DNA from: an uncultured bacterium
GTDB taxonomy: Bacteria; Vulcanimicrobiota; Vulcanimicrobiia; Vulcanimicrobiales; Vulcanimicrobiaceae
Direction: 5' to 3'
NCBI GenBank assembly: GCA_964568035.1
Contig: CAZMPP010000001.1
Location: 1 to 41,776, forward strand
DNA length: 41,776 bases
Notes under the pieces: model-generated
Seen by the model: the letters and a program-made list of their open reading frames with translations, nothing else
Told to the model about the DNA's origin: nothing
The model's database searches: none
In this document: piece after piece, positions 8,950 through 16,921 of the stretch
How the letters are laid out: the number at the start of each line of letters is the position of its first letter
How positions within the stretch are numbered: the stretch's first letter is position 1
Translations under genes and position numbers: made by a program

Positions 8950-10191
8950 ATGCGAATCGTTGATAATGCCAAGGGTCGGATGGTCAGCGCGCTGCTCGTT
9001 GCCGGTGGCGTCGCGGTGGCAGGTTGCTCCACGACCGGCAGCTCCTCGCTTGCGCCGCCGACTCGGACCGAGCCGGCTGTACGCCCCATTCTGCCAAGCG
9101 CGATGCGATCCGGCGTGCGAGGCCTGCAAGTAAGTGGTGCTCTACCCTGGGCCGGTCTCATAAGCATCGGGTCGCTGCTCTTCGGTACGACGCAACATGG
9201 TGGGTCGTCCGATAGAGGCGTCGTCTACAAAATCACCACCGGCGGCGTCGAAAAGCCCATTCACAAGTGTGCGGGTCCACCCGACGGCGAGTATCCCACT
9301 GGGCCAGTCCTCAGAGTCGTCACGTGCTCGTGCCTCTATGGCACTACGCAGGCAGGCGGCACGGGTAATCAGGGCACGATATTTGCAGCGAAGTTTTCGG
9401 GCGGCGATAACGTACTCCACAACTTTGTCGGTAGCGATGGTAGCGATCCGGAAGGCAGGTTGATCGAAGTGGGCCCGGCGGTGTACGGCACGACCTACGG
9501 CGGCGGGGCCAATGGGGTCGGAACCGTATTTAAGATCACGATCTCGGGGAGCGTCTTAACAACGCTCCACAACTTTGGAGCAACCCACACTGACGCAGGC
9601 TTTGCGTATGCGGGTTTGCTCCACGTCGGATCGTATCTTTATGGAACGACGGTTGGCGGTGGGACCAGCAGCCTCGGGACGGTCTTTAGAATCAAACCAA
9701 ACGGAACGAGTTATAGCGTGCTCCATAACTTCTCAGGCGGAGCGGACGGCGCAGCCCCCTACGGCAACTTGATTGTCGATGGTGGCGTGCTCTACGGAAC
9801 GACTAGCCAAGGAGGTGCAGCCAACGTCGGCACCGTCTTCAAGATTACGACCGGTGGGGTCGAGAACGTCGTGCACGCGTTTGGCGTAGCGTCCGATGGT
9901 ACCTATCCATTCGGGGCACTGATCAAAGTAAACGGTATCTACTATGGAACCACGGAGGCGGGAGGCTCGAGCGGTTTCGGCACCGTTTTCTCCGTAACGA
10001 GCGGTGGCAGCGAATCAGTGCTGCATAGCTTCACAGGTGCCCCCGGCGACGGCAGATTGGCTGCGTCTACGCTACACGAAATCGGTACTACCCTATACGG
10101 CACGACCGTTTACGGGGGAGCGAACGACCTCGGGACGGTCTTCAAATTCACGACGCCCAGCGGGCCTGAAGCTCCGATCTACAGTTTCTAG
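8950..10191 (+). CDS. GloVer-type tandem-repeat lipoprotein (choice-of-anchor tandem repeat family)
   Basis: ATG 8950 is preceded by GGAGATGGAGA. Lipobox VAVAGC. Eight units of about 48 aa follow the pattern LHNF.G..DG..P.G.L....G.LYGTT..GG....GTVFKIT. Confidence 0.85.
   Translation: MRIVDNAKGRMVSALLVAGGVAVAGCSTTGSSSLAPPTRTEPAVRPILPSAMRSGVRGLQVSGALPWAGLISIGSLLFGTTQHGGSSDRGVVYKITTGGVEKPIHKCAGPPDGEYPTGPVLRVVTCSCLYGTTQAGGTGNQGTIFAAKFSGGDNVLHNFVGSDGSDPEGRLIEVGPAVYGTTYGGGANGVGTVFKITISGSVLTTLHNFGATHTDAGFAYAGLLHVGSYLYGTTVGGGTSSLGTVFRIKPNGTSYSVLHNFSGGADGAAPYGNLIVDGGVLYGTTSQGGAANVGTVFKITTGGVENVVHAFGVASDGTYPFGALIKVNGIYYGTTEAGGSSGFGTVFSVTSGGSESVLHSFTGAPGDGRLAASTLHEIGTTLYGTTVYGGANDLGTVFKFTTPSGPEAPIYSF
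9142..10188 (+). repeat. Eight tandem coding repeats of about 144 nt (GloVer units) inside the 8950-10191 CDS
   Basis: The (F/Y)GTT..GG....GT(V/I)F motif recurs eight times at roughly 48-aa spacing in the translated ORF. Confidence 0.75.
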
Positions 10192-10302
10192 AGTTCAAGC
10201 ATAACCCGGCGCAACGGCGCATCTTGGGACTAACGTGAGACTTTGCCGCGAGGAGCACGTCCCGGTCAACGGAACTCGGATGGGAGAAGGAGGTCGCTTC
10301 GC

Positions 10303-11298
10303 ATGCGTCCGTCAGCATTCTTACTCGGCGCGGTTGCTATTGGAACCCTCGCCGCTTGTGCGGGGAACGGCATCTCGCCCAGTGCGTCGGCTTTCGCGCC
10401 GGAATATTAAAACGCCGGCGTGATCGCCGCGCTCGAAACGCCCGAGGCGGCTAAGGGTGGCTTATACGTTAGCCAGTTCAATAGCCCGAGCATTCTAGGC
10501 TACAAGAGCAACAACAAGAAGAACGGCGCGCCGACGTGCAGCATTCCCGGCGTGCAATATTTAAACGGTGTCGCTGTCGACGGTAAGGGCAACGTCATCG
10601 ATCCTGACGGCGGCAGCCGCTCGATCATTATTTTTAAGGGCCCCGACATGTGCGGGTCCAACGCCGCCTCCACGAGCGACTCGTTCGGACAACCGGTCGA
10701 TGCCGCAAGCAACAACGCGCTCAAGGATAAAATCGCCGTCGCCAACATGATGGACAACGGGAGCAAGCCCGGCAGCGTCTCGGTGTGCACGATGAAGGGT
10801 GGCTGCAAGACCAACCTCACGAACCCGGCCATTTTTCAAATGGTCGGCGTCGCGATGGACAAAAAGGGCAACTGCTGGGCTTCGGCCTATAACCGGCAGT
10901 TTTTCCCGGCCCTAGTCTATTTTGCGAAGTGTAAGGGCGCCGGCGTGAGTGCCACGGGTTATCAGAACACGAGCCCGGGCGGCCTCGACATCGATAACGC
11001 CGGTAACCTGGTCGCGATCGATACGTCCGCCAACAATATCGGAGCGCTCTGGGTCTATTCCGGATGCAAGCCGGATTGCACGCTCGTCGGCGGCCCATTC
11101 GCGCTGCACGGCGAAACCTTCTGGGGTCACCTGAACGAAAACTCGACCGCTTTTGCAACGGCGAACTATGTGGCCGGCGAGATTGATGTGTACAATTACA
11201 GCCCGGGCGCTCTGACGTTCCTTTACAGCTTTACCAATGGTCTGACGCCAAGCTACTCGGTGAAAGGAGCCGCCTACAACCCCCGTTCGAAAGAGTAA
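10303..11298 (+). pseudogene. Beta-propeller-like lipoprotein interrupted by an in-frame TAA (10408-10410)
   Basis: ATG 10303 follows a strong GAAGGAGG Shine-Dalgarno and encodes a lipoprotein signal peptide (MRPSAFLLGAVAIGTLAAC). A TAA then occurs in the same frame, three codons before the GTG that opens the 292-aa ORF at 10420-11298. That ORF has no signal peptide of its own. Confidence 0.7.
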
Positions 11299-11432
11299 CG
11301 CGGGCGAGTGAATTCAATACGTCGAGCGGGATGAACGCGTGATCTCGACATGTCCAATGGCGCCGCGTCTCCCTGATTGACAGCCGCGCAAGCGAGCAGG
11401 CTTCGGCGCGGGCGGTAAGCAAAACGCAACCG

Positions 11433-12392
11433 ATGAGACGGATTGCTTTGATCGCCGGCGCTTTGGTGGCTGCGGTCGCCGTTGCTGGGTGCAGTGGCGG
11501 GCCGCAAACACAGCCCACCGCGAACGCGCAGCTGCTTAGACGAGGCGCCTCGTGGATGGCTCCGGGCCTGGCCAAACGCGATCTCCTCTACCTTTCAGAC
11601 GACGGCAACGACAGCGTTTACGTGTATTCGTTTCCTGATGCAAAGCTCCAGGGGACGCTGACCGGCTTGAACGTCCCGGCGGGTGAATGCGTTGACAAAG
11701 CGGGTGACGTCTGGATCGTTGAAGAGGGGACCAACGACATCGTCGAGTACGCGCACGGCGGGACCGTTCCGATCGCCACCTTGACCGAAACCAACAACGC
11801 CCCGGAAGGCTGCTCGGTAGATCCGACAACGGGAAACCTCGCCGTTGCCAACGCCCAAACCTTGAGCGCCGGCGCCGGAAGTGTCGCCATATACGCACAC
11901 GCTCAGGGCACGCCGACGCTCTACACCGACAGCCAGATGAAGTTCGTTCTGTTCGTGACGTACGACGACAGAGGCAACCTCTACGCCGATGGAGTCGACT
12001 CCTCGCTTGCGTTCCGGCTGGCCGAGCTTCGCAAGAATGCCGGAGCGCTCATCCCAATCGCGTTCAGTCAGAGCATCGTCCAAGCCACCAATATTCAATG
12101 GCACCGCAAGTACTTAGCCATTGGAGACGGAGGCGGCATCATAGGGACGAGCCCCCCGGTAATCTATCACGTCAAAGTCACGCACTCCGCCGGCACGGTG
12201 GTCGGCGAGACTCCGCTCACCGGTACGACGGGCATCTTTCAGTTCTTCATCCAAGGCGACACCTTCATCGGGCCCAACCTCGGCAACGAGAACGTCCTGT
12301 TCTGGAAATACCCCGCCGGCGGTATGCCGACAAAAGCGATCGGCGGATTCAACGATCCGTTTGGCTCGGCGGTCAGCGAAGGTAAGAAATAG
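11433..12392 (+). CDS. Lipoprotein of unknown function, probable beta-propeller; paralog of 19946-20878
   Basis: Lipobox AVAGCSGG. It shares blocks with the 19946 gene: SWM.P, GEC, HGGT.PIAT, C.VDP.TGNLAV, YAH, GNL..DG, LAEL, and C-terminal FWKYPAGG.P.K.I.GGF. Confidence 0.8.
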   Translation: MRRIALIAGALVAAVAVAGCSGGPQTQPTANAQLLRRGASWMAPGLAKRDLLYLSDDGNDSVYVYSFPDAKLQGTLTGLNVPAGECVDKAGDVWIVEEGTNDIVEYAHGGTVPIATLTETNNAPEGCSVDPTTGNLAVANAQTLSAGAGSVAIYAHAQGTPTLYTDSQMKFVLFVTYDDRGNLYADGVDSSLAFRLAELRKNAGALIPIAFSQSIVQATNIQWHRKYLAIGDGGGIIGTSPPVIYHVKVTHSAGTVVGETPLTGTTGIFQFFIQGDTFIGPNLGNENVLFWKYPAGGMPTKAIGGFNDPFGSAVSEGKK

Positions 12393-12438
12393 GATGGTGA
12401 AGGGCGTGCAGCGCAGCGATGTATGGAAGCCAAGCTGC

Positions 12439-13284
12439 ATGGCGCGTCTTCTGCTGTCGTGCTTTTTTTTCGCATTGGTTCCAGTTGCGGCCCTTGGCGC
12501 AACCGGCGCGACACCCCTGAACCTCCCGCCAGGATGGATCGTTAATTCAGATCTCGCGAAGCTATCTCCGATCATATGGGCGAAATCGGGCTCATCAGGC
12601 GGCGAGACGCTGAGTGTGCTTGCGGTTCCCCCTAACGGTCTGCCGCCAAGTGTGGCAATGGCTCGCATTCGTGACCGGCTCGCGCCCCCAAACGCGCCGC
12701 TATGGAAGACCGAGGCGACATTGTGTGGTCACCCGGGCATCATTCTGTCTGGACAGTCATCGGGGTCTCTTCCCAATACGGAGTTCGTCATCGAACAGTC
12801 GGGCTCGACTCTCTATTTGTTTGTAAATTCCCGCGCCTCGGGAGTCGCGGTCGATCCACAGACCGAGGAGTTCCTCCGCACGGCTTGTCCCGCGTCAACC
12901 TCAACGCTGCCTTTGCTCAAGCCCCCTTCCGGATGGACGGCTAAAACGCTGATCGAAAATATCGGTGGGTGGCAGACGGAGAGCGGCGATAGCATTATCC
13001 TTGCCACGACGTCGCTCGAGGAGGGTGCTCGGCTGACGACTTCCCTGAACCTAGCGTCGAACTCCGAAGCTAAGCCGGAGACATTCGCTACGTGCTCGGG
13101 CACCGGCTTGCAATCGGACGAACAGGAACACGTCGGGTCTCAGTCTTTTGCCATGACCGTATTCGTGGTCACAACTCGTGAATCGGCATATATCATTTAC
13201 TATCGTCACGCGCGGCAGGCCGATCCCAGCGTCGTGGCCGCCATTCGAGCCTATTGTCCGGCGGGCGCCTCGAGCTTAGGTTAA
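12439..13284 (+). CDS. Secreted protein of unknown function with an internal two-fold domain duplication
   Basis: ATG 12439 gives the signal peptide MARLLLSCFFFALVPVAALGA. Each of the two halves (about 125 aa) opens with PPGW/PPSGW and ends with ..ACPA/..YCPA, and each carries one Cys pair. Confidence 0.7.
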   Translation: MARLLLSCFFFALVPVAALGATGATPLNLPPGWIVNSDLAKLSPIIWAKSGSSGGETLSVLAVPPNGLPPSVAMARIRDRLAPPNAPLWKTEATLCGHPGIILSGQSSGSLPNTEFVIEQSGSTLYLFVNSRASGVAVDPQTEEFLRTACPASTSTLPLLKPPSGWTAKTLIENIGGWQTESGDSIILATTSLEEGARLTTSLNLASNSEAKPETFATCSGTGLQSDEQEHVGSQSFAMTVFVVTTRESAYIIYYRHARQADPSVVAAIRAYCPAGASSLG

Positions 13285-13314
13285 CCGCGGCGCACCTTGC
13301 GACTACGAATACCC

Positions 13315-14154
13315 TTATGGCGTTTCGGCCGAATGAACGGCGTGAACGTGGACCGTATCGTCGTAGCCCTTGAGCAGGACTTTGCCAAGATCCCGAAACG
13401 CCAGGCTTTTCCCAACACACAATTCGGCGACTACGTTGGAGACAAGACTTTGCGTGGGTTGAGCGTGCGCACAAATCCTTGATGCCAATTGAACTGTCGA
13501 TCCGAAGAGGTCACTATTGCTTTCCACGGGCTCTCCCGCAGCGGCGCCGATCCGAACCTTGACTGATAAATCATCGTTCTGCCAAACATACTCAGATAGT
13601 GTTCGGTGAATCTGGATCGCGGATCGAACAGCTGCTGCTGCCGACACGAAGGAGATCATGATGCCATCTCCCGTGTGCTTGATTTCGCGACCGCCGAACG
13701 CTTGCAGAGCATTTCGCACGATCGTGTCGTGAACCTTAAGAAACGTCATGCTGGCTTCGTCCCCAAGGCGTTGCGTCATTGCCGTCGAGCCAACGATGTC
13801 GGTGAACATGACCGTCCGGATGCCGGGGTCGCGGTTATCTGCGGTGCCCCCGGGGAGAAGAACGGCCCCGGCAGAGTTCACTTCAGATCCGCCAAAAAAT
13901 CCCTCCGCGACCTCTGGAGCTACTTCGATAATTTTCTCTGCAACTAGGCCGTGTGCTTCGCGATGCACGTTCATGGCGGCCTCAGGGTTCGGGGCGCTGC
14001 AGAGACAGAACACTTTGCCTTGGATTTCATTCAGCCAATACTTGTGATACACGACGCCGTACTTGCCTTGAGTTTCTACGTCGGCCAAATGCGCGGCCGC
14101 AACCGCTTCCGCAGTGGCTCCCGGAATCTCGTGGATGTCCATGTAAGTTGGCAT
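13315..14154 (-). CDS. DUF4242-like N-terminal domain fused to a class III adenylate/guanylate cyclase catalytic domain
   Basis: The N terminus MPTYMDIHEIPG..KVFCLCSAPNPEAAMNVHREAHG matches the DUF4242 (SCO4226-like) pattern. The cyclase blocks are VMFTDIVGSTAM, IKHTGDGIMISF, VRIGAAAGEPV and FGSTVQLASRI. Confidence 0.85.
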   Translation of the reverse strand: MPTYMDIHEIPGATAEAVAAAHLADVETQGKYGVVYHKYWLNEIQGKVFCLCSAPNPEAAMNVHREAHGLVAEKIIEVAPEVAEGFFGGSEVNSAGAVLLPGGTADNRDPGIRTVMFTDIVGSTAMTQRLGDEASMTFLKVHDTIVRNALQAFGGREIKHTGDGIMISFVSAAAAVRSAIQIHRTLSEYVWQNDDLSVKVRIGAAAGEPVESNSDLFGSTVQLASRICAHAQPTQSLVSNVVAELCVGKSLAFRDLGKVLLKGYDDTVHVHAVHSAETP

Positions 14155-14163
14155 GAGGAAGTC

Positions 14164-14313
14164 CTAGCCTTTACGCCACAGTATTTTTGGAAACCAGCAT
14201 TGCCGCGGTTGCCGTAGCGTCTGATAGACGACGCAATAACGCTCACCCAAGCGAATTAGCGCGTTCAGCTGTGTCATCGGCGCTTGGGTAACGCGAAGCT
14301 CTTCAGAGTTCAT
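14164..14313 (-). CDS. Possible 49-aa ORF immediately upstream of the cyclase gene
   Basis: Hand translation gives MNSEELRVTQAPMTQLNALIRLGERYCVVYQTLRQPRQCWFPKILWRKG. A GGGGAA sits about 10 nt upstream of the ATG, and the stop is 9 nt before the cyclase ATG. It is below the ORF-track cutoff and I recognised no family. Confidence 0.2.
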   Translation of the reverse strand: MNSEELRVTQAPMTQLNALIRLGERYCVVYQTLRQPRQCWFPKILWRKG

Positions 14314-14503
14314 AGCAATATTCCCCGAGATTCTTCAGACGGCCGAGCATTTTCGCCACCAAATAATCGGGTCCCGCCCGGGGGGTCGCAGGGCGAAGTG
14401 CCGCAGGAGGCATGGCCGCCACCAAAACCCTTCATCGACTCGTTCCTCGCTCCGTGAACTCTCGAAAGGTCTATGGAGCGAAAGCCCGCATTAAAACACG
14501 CGC

Positions 14504-14590
14504 GGAGAGGTGGCAGAGCGGTTGAATGCGGCGGTCTTGAAAACCGCTGAACCTTTGCGGGTTCCGTGGGTTCGAATCCCACCCTCTCCT
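14504..14590 (+). tRNA. tRNA-Ser (anticodon UGA)
   Basis: The cloverleaf folds by hand: acceptor GGAGAGG/CCTCTCC, anticodon stem GCGGT/ACCGC with loop CTTGAAA, long variable arm GAACC-TTTGCG-GGTTC, T arm GTGGG-TTCGAAT-CCCAC. No CCA is encoded. Confidence 0.95.
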
Positions 14591-14601
14591 CGCTCTCGCG
14601 C

Positions 14602-15198
14602 TTACGTTCGGCGCGCGGCTCTCACGATGAAGTGGTAGGGAAAACGCGGGTCCCGGATATGTTCGATGCATCGCAAGCCGCTGCGATCGATGCGGCCCCA
14701 TCCCTCGTCGGGGCTATGAGCGTGCTCGGCCGGTGGGCCTGTTGGGCGATCGATGGTTGCATCCCAGTCGAAGATCAGGACGTCGCCTTGCGGCGCGAGC
14801 AGCGGCGCGAGGGAACGAAGCGTAGCGTCGTCGATTTCGTGGAGCACATTGAGTGCGAAGATGCGCTCGTACGGCGCTCTCGCCTGCGTCTCTTCCCAAC
14901 TTGCGGCGCTGAGGTTTTCGAGGCATAAGTCTGCGGTCCGGCGGCGGACGATGTCGAGCATCTCGGGCTGCACGTCATAAGCGACGACGCAGACGTCGGG
15001 GCGGGCTTGAGCAAATGCGACTCCATAGCGCCCCGTACCGGTGCCAAAATCGAGAACTCGCGAGCCCGAGGGAACGTCGAGCCGCTCTACAATCGCGGCC
15101 GTCGGAAGCCAGCTTTCTCGTTCAGGGTCGTCGAGCACGCCCGCGCGCTCGTGAGAAAATATGTAGGGCTGTTTAGCACCCTCTCCGGACCGACTCAA
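14602..15198 (-). CDS. Class I SAM-dependent methyltransferase
   Basis: Motif I VLDFGTGTGRYG, followed by acidic-loop and motif IV-like blocks (AYDVQPEM, FALNVLHEI). The TTG start overlaps the upstream TGA (TTGA). Confidence 0.8.
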   Translation of the reverse strand: MSRSGEGAKQPYIFSHERAGVLDDPERESWLPTAAIVERLDVPSGSRVLDFGTGTGRYGVAFAQARPDVCVVAYDVQPEMLDIVRRRTADLCLENLSAASWEETQARAPYERIFALNVLHEIDDATLRSLAPLLAPQGDVLIFDWDATIDRPTGPPAEHAHSPDEGWGRIDRSGLRCIEHIRDPRFPYHFIVRAARRT

Positions 15199-15470
15199 GC
15201 AGTGGCGCTTGCAGCCGCAGGGAGTCCCATCGAGCTTGCGGCGTCGATCGGAATGTATTCGTTTTTGCAGAACTTCCCGATGAGCGGCTCGAGAACGTCC
15301 CTAACGCTGTCGACGGTGGCGGCTTCCCATAAGCAGATCGCCGTCGAGCGGTCGTTGCTCGCGACGGTTTGGTGCAGCGTGACGCCTGCGGGGATGTCGT
15401 TCGCGGCGCTCGCCGCGGTGGCCCAAAACGCATCGGGATCACTGATCCTGTGAATAACCGAAATGAACAT
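15195..15470 (-). CDS. Small cytoplasmic protein of unknown function (possibly DUF3303-like)
   Basis: 91-aa ORF with ATG start, 4-nt overlap with the methyltransferase, and no signal peptide. The family guess rests only on size and the MFISVIHRI.. pattern. Confidence 0.55.
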   Translation of the reverse strand: MFISVIHRISDPDAFWATAASAANDIPAGVTLHQTVASNDRSTAICLWEAATVDSVRDVLEPLIGKFCKNEYIPIDAASSMGLPAAASATA

Positions 15471-15750
15471 AGCCCATCCTTCATGGTAATCGAGTGCGCC
15501 TTTCGGCGATCGGGGTTCCGTGAAGCAACCCCTGCACGTTCCTTGACTAGGCGATGCGCTCGTTCCTTGGACGCACTCTTCGCCGATCGTAGCCCGCCTT
15601 GAGCAGGGCGGTTACATTGCTGTTTTCGGATATCGAAGGCAGGCAACGGATAACGCAAACCCCGTGAAAACGAACGCCGTGATGCTTGTAGGAAGTGCCT
15701 TGTGACATGTTGCTGCCATCGTCAAGGCTGGGCAAGCGCCCACAGGAACG

Positions 15751-15786
15751 TGTGCGTAAATGATACGCTTGTCATTTTTACGCACA
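15751..15786. promoter_or_regulatory. 10-bp perfect inverted repeat TGTGCGTAAA / TTTACGCACA separated by 16 bp, spanning the ATG at 15760
   Basis: Read directly: 15751-15760 and 15777-15786 are reverse complements. An extra TGA/TCA pairing (15761-15763 with 15772-15774) would place the start codon in a stem if the element folds as RNA. Confidence 0.35.
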
Positions 15787-16467
15787 TCCGGTCTCATTGC
15801 GTTAGGGCTTGGCTCGCTAGCCGAGAATGTACGAGCCGACTCGGCTGGCGACATGATGCGGAATCGCAAGTACCGCAAGACGGTTGGTGTGCTTCTCGGA
15901 AGCTACAGCGTCCTTCTGGATTGGGCGGGGCCGGCCGAGGTTTTTTATTCGTCCGGGTACGACGGTAACTCTGATACCGATGAATTCCGCATCGTTACTA
16001 TCGGTAAGGCGTCAGGCAGCATTCCTTTGCAAGTACTGGGCGACTATACGCCGCAGTTCGCGGTGTCCAACGCGCCGCGATGCGATGTAGTCATCATCCC
16101 CGGCTCGTTTCCTAAGGATCTCGGCAGAGATTCCGCGACGATCGCTTGGGTCAAGAGTCAGCTTGCCGGCGGCGCGACAATTCTGACCGTGTGCACGGGC
16201 GCGCTTGTCGCGGCCGAGATGGGCATACTTGACGGCCGGCGCGTAACGACGTCGCACGGCGCGCTCAAGATGCTGAGCAAACGCGCACCAAACGCTCAGG
16301 TGGTCACGGATTCGCTTTTCGTGGACAGCGGAAATGTTGTGACGGCAGCCGGAACGAGCACCGGAATAGACGCGGCCCTTCACGTCATCGAACGAATGCT
16401 GGGCCCCAAAAGTGCTGCCGATGAGCGCGAGTATCTGGAATATAAATGGAGCCCGGCAGGCGCGTAA
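15760..16467 (+). CDS. DJ-1/PfpI family protein
   Basis: Nucleophile elbow TVCTGALVAAEMG, plus DVVIIPG and TAAGTSTGIDAALHVIE blocks. ATG 15760 has AGGAA upstream and gives a signal-peptide-like N terminus. The alternative ATG at 15853 would give a cytoplasmic form. Confidence 0.8.
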   Translation: MIRLSFLRTSGLIALGLGSLAENVRADSAGDMMRNRKYRKTVGVLLGSYSVLLDWAGPAEVFYSSGYDGNSDTDEFRIVTIGKASGSIPLQVLGDYTPQFAVSNAPRCDVVIIPGSFPKDLGRDSATIAWVKSQLAGGATILTVCTGALVAAEMGILDGRRVTTSHGALKMLSKRAPNAQVVTDSLFVDSGNVVTAAGTSTGIDAALHVIERMLGPKSAADEREYLEYKWSPAGA

Positions 16468-16521
16468 GAGCGGCGCTCTTAGTCGCGAGCGGCGAAGCCG
16501 AAAAAGCTGCGCTGTCCGCCG

Positions 16522-16875
16522 TTAAAAGCGCGGCATTGCCGGAACGAACGAGATAAGCGTTCCTCCGTGGGTCTGGATTACAATGTATCCCCCGGGGCAC
16601 GAGTACCGTACTGCCCCCGACGCGGCCATTCGACTGCACGATTTGGGCGCGTTGGCTTTATACCACTGATCGACGGTTTGCACCGAGTCGGTCGTGCTCT
16701 GCTGGTAAGGAACGCCTTGAGCTAGAGCATTCGATGGGATGTCAGACATGCCGGCAGCCGGGCTGCCATGGGGATAAAGTGGGAGTTGTCCGTCGTGACC
16801 CGCGGCGACGGCCGGGGGGCTTGACATCAGCGCCGTGATCCCGATCAAAGCGGCGGCGGTTAGAAGATTCTTCAT
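16522..16875 (-). CDS. Small secreted protein of unknown function
   Basis: MKNLLTAAALIGITALMSSPPAVAA signal peptide. The ATG at 16875 has GGTGA upstream; another ATG four codons earlier (16887) is also possible. Confidence 0.6.
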   Translation of the reverse strand: MKNLLTAAALIGITALMSSPPAVAAGHDGQLPLYPHGSPAAGMSDIPSNALAQGVPYQQSTTDSVQTVDQWYKANAPKSCSRMAASGAVRYSCPGGYIVIQTHGGTLISFVPAMPRF

Positions 16876-16921
16876 GGCGTTCACCATACCGCACTGGCGT
16901 GCGAGCGGCGTGCGGCGACTT

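Noticed and set aside
10235-10423. 62-aa plus-strand ORF from the track, overlapping the lipoprotein signal-peptide region.
   Set aside because: A different frame in the same place has a strong Shine-Dalgarno and encodes a textbook lipoprotein signal peptide (ATG 10303). The 62-aa product has no features.
14310-14582. 90-aa minus-strand ORF upstream of the small ORF and cyclase genes.
   Set aside because: Its N-terminal part is the antisense of the tRNA-Ser gene. The remainder is a Gly/Pro-rich low-complexity sequence.
15547-15735. 62-aa minus-strand ORF in the 290-bp divergent intergenic region.
   Set aside because: It has no Shine-Dalgarno, no motif and unremarkable codon bias. It cannot be distinguished from chance.
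16465-16481. Perfect 7-bp hairpin TAAGAGC-GGC-GCTCTTA beginning at the DJ-1 stop codon, considered as a terminator.
   Set aside because: The stem is short and no T-run follows. It may still be a weak 3'-end structure, but the sequence alone does not support a call.
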